DNA of 64,000 nucleotides from NCBI RefSeq assembly GCF_964213995.1, contig NC_135802.1:142476001-142540000 (forward strand). Direction: 5' to 3'. Every line of letters starts with the position of its first letter. Within the stretch, counting starts at the first letter, position 1. Position numbers and translations under genes: made by a program. Origin of the DNA: Mustelus asterias (lineage: Eukaryota). Positions 24,583 to 36,544 of this stretch are shown in pieces. The notes under the pieces were generated by a model. That model saw only the letters and a program-made list of their open reading frames with translations, ran no database searches and had not been told where the DNA came from.

Positions 24583-25269
24583 AAAGCTCCTTCTATTCTA
24601 TCTGTGGGATGCCTTCAAGGTAGTCCTTCTATCATATAGAATATTGTCCCTTTTTGGCAGAATTTCAGATGCATTGAGTGATGAGGCAAGATCATGACAC
24701 ATGCATTAGGTTTCTAGAAATGAGGTACAGTTTCTTCAGACCTGTTTGTGATCACAAGGCTTGGATCGTAAGAAATCTGTCTTATATTTGACCTTGAGCT
24801 ACATGTTTTGGGGGATGGGTGAGGACAGTGGACAGCTCTCCACCTCCAGAAACAAGGTAGGTGGGAAACTGAATCACGCCACATTGGCCTGCCCATAGCC
24901 ATAGCGTGCTGTGGGTGCCCTAACTTGCCTGCCAGTGAGATGGCCCGTCCCAGCAACACCATGGGTTGGGTAGTGGGCACTGCCAGACTGCAACTAGTCT
25001 CAAGGAGAAAGCCCAGTGGATCCTGGCATAAGGGAAGTCTGGGGTATTGGGTGGCAAGGCTTTGGCCCTGTTTGTGCTAGGAGGGGTGGAGGGAGAGGTT
25101 GGGCTGATGGGTTTTGACGGGTGGGTAGGAAGAAAGGTGTGGGTACTACCTTAGTGGGGGTTGGCACCCGAAGTGCAAAGGCCTTCCCGCCTTTTGAAAA
25201 ACATTTAAAAATTAACAGCCTGCTCACTCCCATCCAACTGCCCACACCAACTGTAGTATTATCAATGTC

Positions 25270-25775
25270 AATTTTGCTTTGATTTATTATTGTCACAAGT
25301 ATTGGGATACAGTGAAAAGTTTCATTTCTTGCGTGCTATACAGACAAAACAGACCGTTCATAGAGTACATAGGGGAGAAAGAAAGAGAGTGCAGAATATA
25401 GCGTTGCAGTCACAGATAGGATGCAGAGAAAAATCAGCTTTCGATATGGTAGGTCCATTCAAAAGTCAGATGGCGACAGGGTAGAAGCTGTCATTGAGTC
25501 GGTTGGTACATGTTCTCAGGCTTTTGTATCTTTTTCCTGATGGAAGAAGGTGGAAGAGAATTTGTCTGGGGTGCGTGGGGTCCTTGATTATGCTGGCTGC
25601 TTTCCCGAGGCAGCGGGACGTGTAGACAGAGTCAATGGATGGGAGGCTGGTTTGAGTGATGGACTGGATTACGTTCACAGCTCTTTGTAGTTTCTTGCAG
25701 TCTTGGTCAGAGCAGGAGCCACACCGAGCTGTGATAAATCTAGCAAGGATGCTTTTTCTGGTGCATCTGTCAAAA
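25270..25775 (-). mobile_element. Rex1/Babar LINE 3' fragment
   Basis: ORF 25466..25678 SIIKDPTHP..LFHLLPSGKRYKSLRTCTNRLNDSFYP; homologous to 7510-8070. Confidence 0.9.
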
Positions 25776-26518
25776 TTGGCTTGTTAACAAGCTCAAATAA
25801 CTCGATTACTTATTTAAATATGGTGGGTGGGATGCCAATTTCAGCAGCTCCCCCTCAATCTTATGGAGGTGAGTTTGAAGGTAAGCAGGAAGGTAGGTGG
25901 TGGGGGGGGGGTGAGTGTTATTTTCCACGTGCCCCTGCCAACAACTACACCTGGCAGGAACATGTATAATTCAATCCCTTGTTGCATCTGTTGCCAACTG
26001 AGCTCAATTGCTTTACAAAAACAACAAGATTGTGACTGTAACACCAAGTAGGCATTTGTCCAATATAACACTGAGTTAAAGCAGTAATAAAAAAGATATA
26101 AATTGGAGATAGTAAAAAAAACCTCTTGATTAGTGTGCGAGATTTGAGTATGAACATGTTAATGTAATTGGATGACATTTCTTCTATTAAATGGGCTAAC
26201 ACTTGGATTAAAATTGCGGACCCATGCTGATGCAGCACAGCATGCTTTCACCCGAGTGTTCCATCACAGAGTCTATCCCCCTGGGAGCCAGGATTAGATA
26301 ATGAAGCATCATATTTCATTGTTCCCTAGCTGAGTGTTTTAGTTAGCATTCCAATCCATCTAGCAATTGCTGCTTTTAATTGCCACACTGGAAACGGGGG
26401 CTACAATTACCAATTTCTCCCTCACTATCTGTAACTAGTATTTAAACGTCGATAATTAGTTGGTGTTGGTGCCCATTGGACCAATGCAGAGTCACCGTGC
26501 CACTGGGGAGTCAAGTTA

Positions 26519-26652
26519 AAAGCAAATTACTGCGGATGCTGGAATCTGAAACCAAAAGAGAAAATGCTGGAAAATCTCTGCAGGTCTGGCAGCATCTGTA
26601 AGGAGAGAAAAGAGCTGACGTTTCGAGTCCAGATGACCCTTTGTCAAAGCGG
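26519..26652 (-). mobile_element. Penelope-type terminus family 1, TSD-flanked
   Basis: Same tail as 5177/5496/50947; aagtta at 26513-26518 and 26653-26658. Confidence 0.78.
26614..26650 (-). ncRNA. Minimal type I hammerhead ribozyme motif with U3-A8 core variant
   Basis: Minus strand: gct TTGACAA A GGGTC-atctg-GACTC GAAA C GTC agc; stems I and II pair, stem III is the palindrome ACGT. Confidence 0.68.
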
Positions 26653-26658
26653 AAGTTA

Positions 26659-26910
26659 CAATGCAATTAAGTTACTCTGAAAATCCCCTCATTGCCGTAC
26701 TCCAGCGTCTGGGTACACTGAGGGAGAATTTAGCACAGCCAATGCACCTTACCAGCACCTCGTTCGGACTGTGGGAGGAAACCGGAGCACCTGGAGGAAA
26801 CCCACGCAGACACGGGGAGGACATGCAGACTCCAAAGAGACTGTGACCCAAGCCGGGAATCGAAACCGGGTCCCTGGCACTGTGAGGCAGCAGTGCTAAC
26901 CATTGTGCCA
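26659..26910 (-). mobile_element. V-SINE, HE1 head with tail B (3'-clipped)
   Basis: Head and V domain plus aaattctccctcagtgtaccc tail B segment. Confidence 0.88.
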
Positions 26911-27669
26911 TGGGAGGGGAATGGGAAAATCAAATGGAGGGTCTTAACAGAGACCTGGAAGGGTACCATTTATGAGCAAGGCTTAGTTGTAATGAGGTCA
27001 AGGTGATGGAAGGTGTGGTTCCTTCGTAGAAATGTTAAAGCAAGGAAGTGTTTTGAGGAACCAAAATGATTCAGGCAATTAATTGTTGGATAAGTCGGCT
27101 GTGCATGTCAGGCACATGTGAATCTAACATGGGGCTGTTAATGAGCACCTCGACTGTTTCATTGAGAATCCCAGAGCGCCTTCAATATTCAGACTCCACA
27201 TCCTCTGCTCGAAAAAGAATTCTACCCAGCAGGACTTAGATCCAGAAGCAGATCATAAATATGTATCTTTTTCTCCCAGCAGATGCAGTTTTATGTTCCG
27301 ATAATTGGATCAGTTTAATGACATTTACACTCAATAGACTCGAGTATTTGGTGAATAATGAGTCAGTAAACTGACCCATTTTGATGAACTATTGACAGAT
27401 TAGCATTTACAGATGTAACGAAGCAAGGCTGCTTTGCATAAGGCACTGTGCATGGGCCTCAAAGCTTCCTATAAACATAGCCTTATTTCACACTGAGCAG
27501 GGTTTTAAATGGACAACACGATGCCCCATTCACATATTTATAACTGTGCTTAAAGGCTTATATATGCCACCCTACATAAAGAACAAGAACAAAGAATAGT
27601 ACAACACAGGAACAGGCCCTTCGGCCCTCCAAGCCTGCACCGAAACTCGTGTGCCTGTCTGCTTATCGC

Positions 27670-27850
27670 CATTCCTTCGCAGTCGCTGGGTCAAAATCCT
27701 GGAATTCCCTCTCTCATAGCATTGTGGGTCAACCCATAGCACATGGACTGCAGTATTTCAAGAAGGCAGTTAACCACCACCTTCTCAAGAGCACCTAGGG
27801 ATGGGAAATGAATGCTGGCCAGCCAGCGACGCCCATATCCCATGAATGAA
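27670..27850 (+). mobile_element. Second CR1-like LINE family, 3' tail
   Basis: atcctggaattccctc...ggatgggaaatgaatgctggccagccagcgacgcccatatcccatgaatgaa; same tail at 35090-35370, 41590-41915, 63560-64000. Confidence 0.75.
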
Positions 27851-27869
27851 TCGAACAAAAATTCTGCTG

Positions 27870-28310
27870 CCCATATTTTAACTCCCACCAAGTCCCATTC
27901 AGATACCATCCCGGTGCTTTACTGATCGACACTGGTTCACAGTTCAGCAATGTCTAAGTTTTAAAATTCTTATTCTTGTTTTCAAATCCCGCCATGGCCC
28001 TGTCCCTCCCTATATTTACATTTTCCTCCACCCCTACAAGCCTTTGAGATCTCTGCTCACCTCCAATTCTAACATCCTGCGTATCCCTGATTTTATTCAC
28101 TCCAGCTACATTCTGGAATTCCCTCCCTAAACCTCTCTGCCTCTCTATCTCTCTCAGTTCCTTTAGGATGCACCTTAGCACCTACCTCTTTGACCAAGTG
28201 TTTGGTCATCTGGTCTGATATGTTCCTCGTGTTTCAGTGTCACATTTGAATTGATGCGCTCTCGGGAAGCAGCAGTAGACATTTTGCTGCATTGAAGGCA
28301 CTGTATAAAT
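27870..28310 (+). mobile_element. Old L2-type LINE 3' fragment (representative of many copies in the window)
   Basis: ..HWFTVQQCLSFKILILVFKSRHG-type remnant and tggaattccctccctaaacc; related copies near 570, 1470, 9700, 14150, 17400, 22620, 34580, 36090, 43420, 49440, 57380, 62490. Confidence 0.65.
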
Positions 28311-28512
28311 GTATAAAAGACCTAGCAGTCTTGTCCTGTTAACATTCGAAGGAGGAATTAAGAGTAAAAGCAGAAGAGGAAGAAGAAAAATAGGAAGGGT
28401 GGATTACGTTGAGATGTGGACTGAGAGAGACTTAAGAAAGTAAGACAACGCCAATGGTTCCAGTAAGATCTTTGCGACAGTGAACCAATTATGAATTTTG
28501 TTCATTGAAACT

Positions 28513-28833
28513 TAGAATCCCGACAGTGCAGAAGGGGGCCATTCGGCCCATCGAGTCTGCACCGACAACAATCCCACCCAGGCCCTATCCCCGTAACCCC
28601 ACATATTTACCCCGCTAATCCTTCTAACCTACACATCCCGGGACACTAAGGAGCAATTTAGCATGGCCAATGCGCCTAACCCGCACATCTTTGGACTGTG
28701 GGAGCCCCCGGAGGAAACCCACGCAGACATGGGGAGAACGTGTAAACTCCGCACAGACAGTGATCCACGGCGGGATTCGAACTCAGGTCCCTGGAGCTCT
28801 GGGACAGCAGTGCTAACCACTGGGCCACCGTGC
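28513..28833 (-). mobile_element. HE1 SINE, tail A
   Basis: Full-length copy with small internal deletion. Confidence 0.92.
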
Positions 28834-29688
28834 TGCTACTAGAAGTTGTAGATTCATACGCTGTAAACCTCCGACTTCATCCCCAGCTGGGATTCTCTGC
28901 TGCTGCTGCAGTGAATGAGTTTTGGCTGAGCGCCAACTTCTCCATTCTTGCTGGCAATGGGGCAGGAACGAACAAGATTGGAGAATCCTGCCCATCGACT
29001 GCGCCACATTGAAGACATTTTTAATCTCACCCGGAAAAAGATCTGTGACGTTTTCCCTGGGTTGGAGAGGAACTTGGAGACAAGGTGCCTCCATGTCAAA
29101 GCAGTCTCTCCCTTCCTTACCATCCATAGCAGCCTATTATTCCTCTTGAACTGGAAAGCCTTTGGCCCTCCAGCTTCACTACCTTTTAATCGGATGGCAA
29201 ATTGAGAGGATATTCCCATCAAAATCCCAATGAGCAACTGTTTCCCCAGGGGCAGGGCAGGCACCTGGATAAAGTTCTAACTTTGGCTCCCCACGCCCAG
29301 AGGGAAATCCTGCCCCATCTCTTTCACCGCCAATAAGATTGTGCCATCAAACAAAACTGGGATGTATGTTTGTCAGCTGATGCTGTTGCCATGACCCTTT
29401 TACGCTGCACACTTCACCTAATGTCAAGACATGTCTTTCACAACCAAACACTTTACAGCCAATGAAGTGTAGTCACTTTGAAGCATAGTTACTGCAGTAA
29501 TATAGGAAACAAGCTCATTTGGTCAATTACTGGGATGGTGTATCTGAGCAGTGACAGAGATGGTCAATATATTGCTGCTGCATTCAATCAGAACCAGACA
29601 ATTTAGCTAGTTTGGAGGGAAGAGGAGTTTGACGAAGTGCAATTGATTATTAATATCTGGCTAATGTACCAGAGTGTCATCAATTGCA

Positions 29689-29821
29689 GGCCAGGATTCC
29701 ACAGCCCCTCCCACCTAATAGGATACTTCAGTCCCGCTGAAGTAAAGGGCAATTTAAATGGCCCACTACATCTGTCAGGGGACAGGGAGACTTGCTGTGG
29801 TGGGCTAATGAAATCCTGGCC
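29689..29821. mobile_element. Harbinger-like MITE (medium family)
   Basis: Perfect 10-bp TIR ggccaggatt/aatcctggcc. Confidence 0.65.
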
Positions 29822-31151
29822 ATAGTGTTGGCTTCCCTTATTCACTTAACACAACAGCCCATGCCTTTCATGTGTTCAGGTATAATTCAAAGTGCAAATT
29901 CCTAGACATCCTACCAGGTTTGCTATCAGTTGAGCAGGTGAATTCCAGTGAGTGCTAGCGGAGACTGGAGATTCTGCCAATCTGTCTTTATCACTGAAGA
30001 CTCCAGCCAAAGATACATGTGGCCCTTTCCTCTGATGTAATCTCATCCATCTTTAAATTTTGAGAGAATTTAGAAGCAGCTGTCCTCTCTGACATCTTGG
30101 TCAGTGATAAATCACGTCCCTGGCCAAGATGATTGAGCTGCCAGTCATACATGAGCAATCACATGTCCATCGTCCGTCATTTCCAGATAAATTTCCATAG
30201 CTGTAACTATATTCCATAGTCAGGAAGTTTCTCACCCCTGTCTGGTGGATCTTTGGATTATGCTGTCCATCTGTCCACTGTAACCAAGATCCCCAGACAG
30301 TAGAGTTTTGGAATCCAGTTAAAGAAACCTCCCTTGTCCCAGTTCCATTTTCTCCTACTGATGAGTGTAAGGCAAGTCCTGAAAGGTTGGATTTGTTGTC
30401 TCTTAATGATTCACCCAGGGATATCTCTTGGTAACACTGGCAAGAGATCATTTCTTTTCGGATTACATTAATTTTACAAGTTCAAATGGAGAACGAAAGA
30501 TCACTGTGGCAGTCGATATCTCTGCTTATCTTTTCCCACAATGGAAGAAGTTAACCTTTACGGTATTAATTAACTGACAGGAGGATTAAAATCCCCAAGT
30601 ATTTTATCGCCATTTTAAATGAAAATGCATTCCTGTTGAGAGGGGAAGCAAGCCAATTGTATAATGCCACTGTCAGAGAATATGTAGAATTCCTTTTTAA
30701 CAGAATGAAACCATCAAACAATCAAGCTATACATTGGCACTTTAGAACACGTCCTGTACCCCAGTTACATTGAAGGTGCAAATGTAAGCTGACAGCACAA
30801 TCGCAGTTCCTGTTGGTCTGTGGTCCACTGAACTGCTAACTCCAATCAGATATTAGAACAAAGGTGGACAATTTTCAGATGATGCATGACTAATGAAGGA
30901 CCAAAAATGGCGGCTGGAAGCATGCAGCCAGAGGAGGAGATATCAGGAGGTGTGTCTAAAATTAGTTCAAGAGCTGGGTTTTGAAGAGGATCTTAAAGAG
31001 AAGAAAGAAATGGGTGAGTGGTTAATGAGGAAATCCCAAAGCATGGCACCCTAGTTGGTTGAAGGGGTGAGCTGAGGGGGTGGGGTAATGCACAATAAAC
31101 CAGGGGTGTTAATGTGCACAACACCAAGGCCTCCAATCAAGGCTGTGTAGA

Positions 31152-31548
31152 AACATAGAAACTAGGAGTAGGAGTAGGCCATTCGGCCCTTCGAACCTGA
31201 TCCTCCATTCATTATGATCATGGCTGATCATCAAATTCAATATCCTGATCCCCCCCTTCCCCCCATATCCCTTGATTCCTTTAGCCCCAAGAGCTGTATC
31301 TGATTTATTCTTGAAATCACAATGTTTTGGCCTCAGCTACTTTCTGTGGTATTGAATTCCACACATTCACCATTCTCTGGGTGAAGAAATTTCTCCTCAC
31401 CTCAGTTCTAAAAGGTTTACCCCTTATCCTCAAACTATGACCCCTGGTTCTGGACTCCCCCCATCTTTGGGAACATTCTTCTGAATCTACCCTGTCTAAT
31501 CCTGTTAGAATTTTATAAATTTCTATGAGATCCCCTCTCACTCTTCTC
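31152..31548 (-). mobile_element. CR1 LINE 3' fragment
   Basis: [18 protein letters not shown]...RTRGHSLRIRGKPFRTEVRRNFFTQR. Confidence 0.92.
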
Positions 31549-32628
31549 ATCCCGCCTCCCCCTCCACTCCCCCCACCCCACCCCACCACCACCTCCTGTC
31601 ACTTTCTGCTTGCTTCAGCCACAGAGAATATGTTTCTTAGATTCAAAAGTCCCATCCTCATGCTTAGAATCTTACATGACCTTGCAACCTCCCTATCTCT
31701 GGAATTTTCTTTTGTCACACATTTTGCCCCGAACTATGGAATTCTGAGGATTGTTAGACCCCATTTGGGGAGAGGGGTGAGGAGAGAGGGTGTGGAGGGG
31801 GGATGAGCACAAAAATCTATGCCGGTTTGCTGACTCAATCCCACTCCGGAGGAGGCCGAGCAGGGCTACCTGTCCACAAGGAGGGAGTAGCCAATTGAGG
31901 GTATTTCGAGGCCTCTCAAGGCCTATTGTCAGAAGCCGACTAGAATTTTCCTGTTGGCCTCTGGGCCCCGAGGCATTGGGGAATAGGACTGCTACCTGGA
32001 GGTGGTGCCCAGGCAACACACTGAGAGATCCAGCACTCCAAGAAGGCTTTAGCCACTAATTGGCCAATTCAAGGAAAAATGGTTGCCAGGTGACTGTGAT
32101 CCACATTTGACTCTGACACTGGAGTTCCAACCCACAGGGCAAAATCCTGCCCTTAGTTTTTGTGCATCATCCCATGCCATACTCCATAATTCCCCCATCA
32201 ATTAGTGGCGGAATCTTCAACCAACTGGACAGGATACTTTGGGATTCCCCTCATTAAACTCCGTTCCATTACCCTCTCCTCTTTAAGACCCCCCTTTAAA
32301 TCCAGCACTTTGGCCAACTGTGCTTATCCCTCCAAACCACACCTCCTCTGACGCATATCCATTTTTGCTTCTCAATCCAGCAGCCTCGCAATTATAAAAT
32401 TTACATCCTCATGTTCCAATTCCTTTGTGATCGCTTCCAATCTCTGCAACAATGGGAAACCCTACCTGCTTCTAGTCTGGTTCATTGTGCATCTCCAATT
32501 TCCATTGCTGCACCAGGTGTATCTGTGATTTGTAGCAGCCTTTCCCGTATTGCCCTCGTGTGTCCAAGAATTGAGGATTTATTTCCTGGATACTTTTTTT
32601 TTTCATTTTTATTTGACTTTCATTCATC

Positions 32629-33064
32629 AAAGAACAAAGAACAGTACAGCACAGGAAACAGGCCCTTCGGCCCTCCAAGCCTGTGCCGCTCCTTGGTCCA
32701 ACTAGACCAATCGTTTGTATCCCTCCATTCCCAGGCTGCTCATGTGACTATCCAGGTAAGTCTTAAATGATGTCAGCGTGCCTGCCTCCACCACCCTACT
32801 TGGCAGCGCATTCCAGGCCCCCACCACCCTCTGTGTAAAAAACGTCCCTCTGATGTCTGAGTTATACTTCGCCCCTCTCAGCTTGAGCCCGTGACCCCTC
32901 GTGATCGTCACCTCCGACCTGGGAAAAAGCTTCCCACTGTTCACCCTATCTATACCCTTCATAATCTTGTATATCTCTATTAGATCTCCCCTCATTCTCC
33001 GTCTTTCCAAGGAGAACAACCCCAGTCTACCCAATCTCTCCTCATAGCTAAGACCCTCCATATC
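32629..33064 (-). mobile_element. CR1 LINE 3' fragment, young (open frame, CpG retained)
   Basis: ORF 32702..33061 uninterrupted CR1 C-terminus MEGLSYEERLGRLGLFSLERRRMRGDL. Confidence 0.95.
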
Positions 33065-33099
33065 AGTCAGAAAAACATTGGAGATTTAAAAAAAGATAG

Positions 33100-33700
33100 A
33101 CTTGCTTTTGTGGTGTCTTTCATGACCACAAGAAGTCCCAAAGTACCTCATAGCCAATGAAGTATTTTTGAAGTGCAATTAGTGTAGTAATGTAACAAAT
33201 GGGGCAGCCAATTTGCACACAGGAATCTCCCAAAAACAGCAGTGTGATGATGACCAGAGAACCTATTTTTGTGATATTGATTTGGAGTCAATATTGGCCA
33301 GGTAACTGGGATATCTCCACTGCTCTTCTTTGAATAAGTGCTGTGAAAACTTTTACAAACAACTGTGGTGAGTCCAAAGGTGTTCAGGTTAGGTATATTG
33401 GCCATGATCAATGTGCGGAGTTACAGGGATTGAGCAGGGGAGTGGGCCTATGTAGAGTGCTCTTTCAGAGGGTTGGTTCAGACTTGATGCGCCAAATTGG
33501 GTCCTCTGCACTGTAGGGATTCTATGGAGAAGGCAGATGGGGACCCAGTTTAATCTCTCATCCAAAAGGCAACGCCTCTGACAGTTGTAGCATTGCTTCA
33601 GTATTGAACGGAAGGTCAGCTCTGATTTTTGTGCTCACTTCCTGAAGTGGGATTTGAACCCACCACCTACTGACTCAGAGGGTGAGAATGCTGGCAATGG
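33100..33700 (-). mobile_element. Deu-domain SINE (SacSINE1-like) interrupted by an HE1-type tail fragment (about 33365-33525, +)
   Basis: tRNA-like head (ggttcaaatcccact) then actgtcagaggcgttgccttttggatgagagattaaac Deu-type core. Confidence 0.72.
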
Positions 33701-34203
33701 CTGGCATTAAAAACCACTTGACTGACATTTGAGAATCATTCAATTGGGAACAAAGAATCTCGCTCTCCAGTTGGCAAGGGAAAGCAGATCATCAGGGCTA
33801 CGGATGTGTCAGGCAGTCAATAGTGGTGCACGGGAGCAAGTTTGTGTGAACTAAGAAATTTTCAAAGCCTTGTGGTTGGTATCAGGAGGTCATGGAATTT
33901 AACCTACTGGAATTTATCCACACCGAGTTGGCAACCCTCACTTGGGAGTATGTCATGGTGAACACTTTTGTTTGAAATAGCAAAGTGCAGTTATCAATGG
34001 GGGCAAGTAGCTGGTGTGCACTGGGAGCAAACTCAGGATATTAGGGGTGATGTCGGGATGTTTGAATCCTGATAATGGCTGATCTCCAGATGATTAAATC
34101 CCTGCCATTCTAGAGAAGTGGATAATGGACCCATAAGAGTTTCTGGCGCAACAGTAAAGTGGCTCCGATTGGTCCTTTAATCGCCTAACAAATTGGTGGG
34201 AAT

Positions 34204-34520
34204 TCATAGAAAACCTACAGTGCAAAAGAAGGCCATTCGGCCCATCAAGTTTTCACTGACAACAATCCCACCCAAGCTCTATCCCCAAAACCCCACATAT
34301 TTACCCTGTTCATTCTTGTGACTCAGACATCCTGGGACACTAAGAGACAATTTAGTCTGGCCAATCAACCTAACCTGCACATCTTTGGACTGTGTGAGGA
34401 AACCGGAGGAAACCCACGCAGACACAGGGAGAATGTGTAAACCCCACACAGTCACCCAAGCCAGGAATCAAACCCAGGTCCCTGGAGCTGAGAGGCAGCA
34501 GTGCTAACCACTGTGCCGCC
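34204..34520 (-). mobile_element. HE1 SINE, tail A
   Basis: Head, V domain, tail. Confidence 0.92.
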
Positions 34521-35434
34521 CTAGACATGTTAGACATCCTACATTGAACTGAGAGTGAGTGCCCCACCGTGCAACTACCTGACAAGGCTATAGCCTCAAT
34601 TTATAAACTATCATCCTTGTTTTCGAATCCTTGCATGGCCTCACCTCTCATTTTCAGTGTAACCTTGTTCAGCCCAATAACCACCTGAATTAACTGCACT
34701 CCTCCCATTCCAGCACTTGAGCATCCCTGGTTTTAACTGGTAAACCATTGGCAGTTGTGTCTTCGGCTGCCTCAACCTGAAAGTCTGCGATTCTTTCCTT
34801 TAATCACTCCACCTCTTCATCAATCTCTCTTCCTTTAGGTTGATCCTTAAAAGCTAAGTCTTTGGTAACCATCCTAATATGTCATTATGTAGCGTATTTC
34901 TTTATATGATGTCTGTACTCTTTAGGTTAGGATAACCCATCCTCCTTGCAATCGCCACAACTTTCCAGTTGGGGAAACCATGGGCTAGATAGTATTGTAG
35001 TGTTACCTCAGGTGTGGATGCAGAGGTGATGGGTGTCACAAGACCAGGGCCGAGGCACTATGGTGCTGCGGGTGCTTAAATTTCTTTGACAGCACCTTCT
35101 AAACTTGTGAGCTCTGGACATAGAAGGACAAGAGCAACAGGCACAAGGGGGAGCCACCACTCCAAGTCCCATACCAGCCTTCCTTGGAGATATATCATCG
35201 TTCCTTTATCGTTGCTGAGTCAAAACCTTAAAACTCTCTCCCCAAGAGCAATCTGGGAGCATCTTCACCACACACAGTGCAGTGGTTCCAGAAGGTGTCT
35301 CTACCTTTGCCAAAAGGACAGTTAGAGATACGCAATTAATAATGGCCTTGACACATCTCACAAATAAAGTTTTTAAAAAAAAATAGCATTTGGAATATTG
35401 CAGTTGTTGGAAGGAAAACTGGTGCTTTTACAAT

Positions 35435-35845
35435 TCAATTTGATTTATTATTGTCGTATGTATTGGAAAGTTTTGTTACTTGCATGCTATACAGACAAAA
35501 CATACCGTTCATAGAGAACATGGGAAGAAGAAAAGGAGAAGGTGCAGAATGTAGTGTTAAAGTCATAACTAGGGTGTAGAGAAAGATCAACAGTGCGAGG
35601 CAGGTCCATTCAAAAGTCTGATGGCAGCAGAGAAGAAGCTGTTCTTGACTAGGTTAGTACGTGATCTCAAGACTTTTGTATCTTTTTCCCGACGGAAGAA
35701 GGTGGAAGAGAGAATGTCCGGGGTGTGTGGGGTCCTTGAATATGTTGGCTGCTGTTCTGAGGCAGCGAGAAGTGTCGATGGAATCAATTGATGGGAGGCT
35801 GGTTTGCGCGGTGGACTGGGCTACGTTCACAATCATTGTAGTTTC
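35435..35845 (-). mobile_element. Rex1/Babar LINE 3' fragment
   Basis: KDPTHPGHSLFHLLPSGKRYKSL motif; Rex1-type tail. Confidence 0.9.
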
Positions 35846-36544
35846 CGAATGATCATGAATAAATCTTCATTCTGTTGAAAAATTGTTGGGTCAAAATGGC
35901 CTCTTGTACTGTAGGGTTTCTATGATTCAGGCTACAGGACTCTGCTAATTCTGGATCAGTTCAGAACTCTAACGAACACAGGGCCTTGCCTGCTCCAAAC
36001 AGCAGGGAGTTGGTCAGATGCCACTGTATCGAATGTGCTTGCATCAGTTAAAATTCAATTATCGTCATTCACAGTCAGATTGGTAATAACAATTACTATT
36101 TGCATTTATATGACACCTTTAGTACAATAAGACATCCCTGGACACTTCGTAGAAGCATTATCAAGCAGAATTTGATACCGAGATATTAGAATAGGTCAAA
36201 GGATACAGATTTTGAATGACAACGTAATCGAGGAGAGGATGGTGGAGAGGGAAGGAATTCCTGAGCTTGGGGCCAAGACAGCTGAAGGCTCAGTCACGAA
36301 TGCTCGGGTGACAGGACTATATATACGTCAAGAGTTGTTCATTGGAAAGAGGCTTTTATTTGATAATATCATCATTTGAAAACGCTGCACGAATAGTCAC
36401 AATAGGTTGCCAAATAATTCAAAATAATAATTTACCATTACATCTATTCATGGTGAATTGTTTCAAGGAATGTTGTTACTCAAGCAACTGTCCATTAAAT
36501 AAGTGGTGCTTGGACATCAGACAGGAATCCCAGAAGTCTGGATG

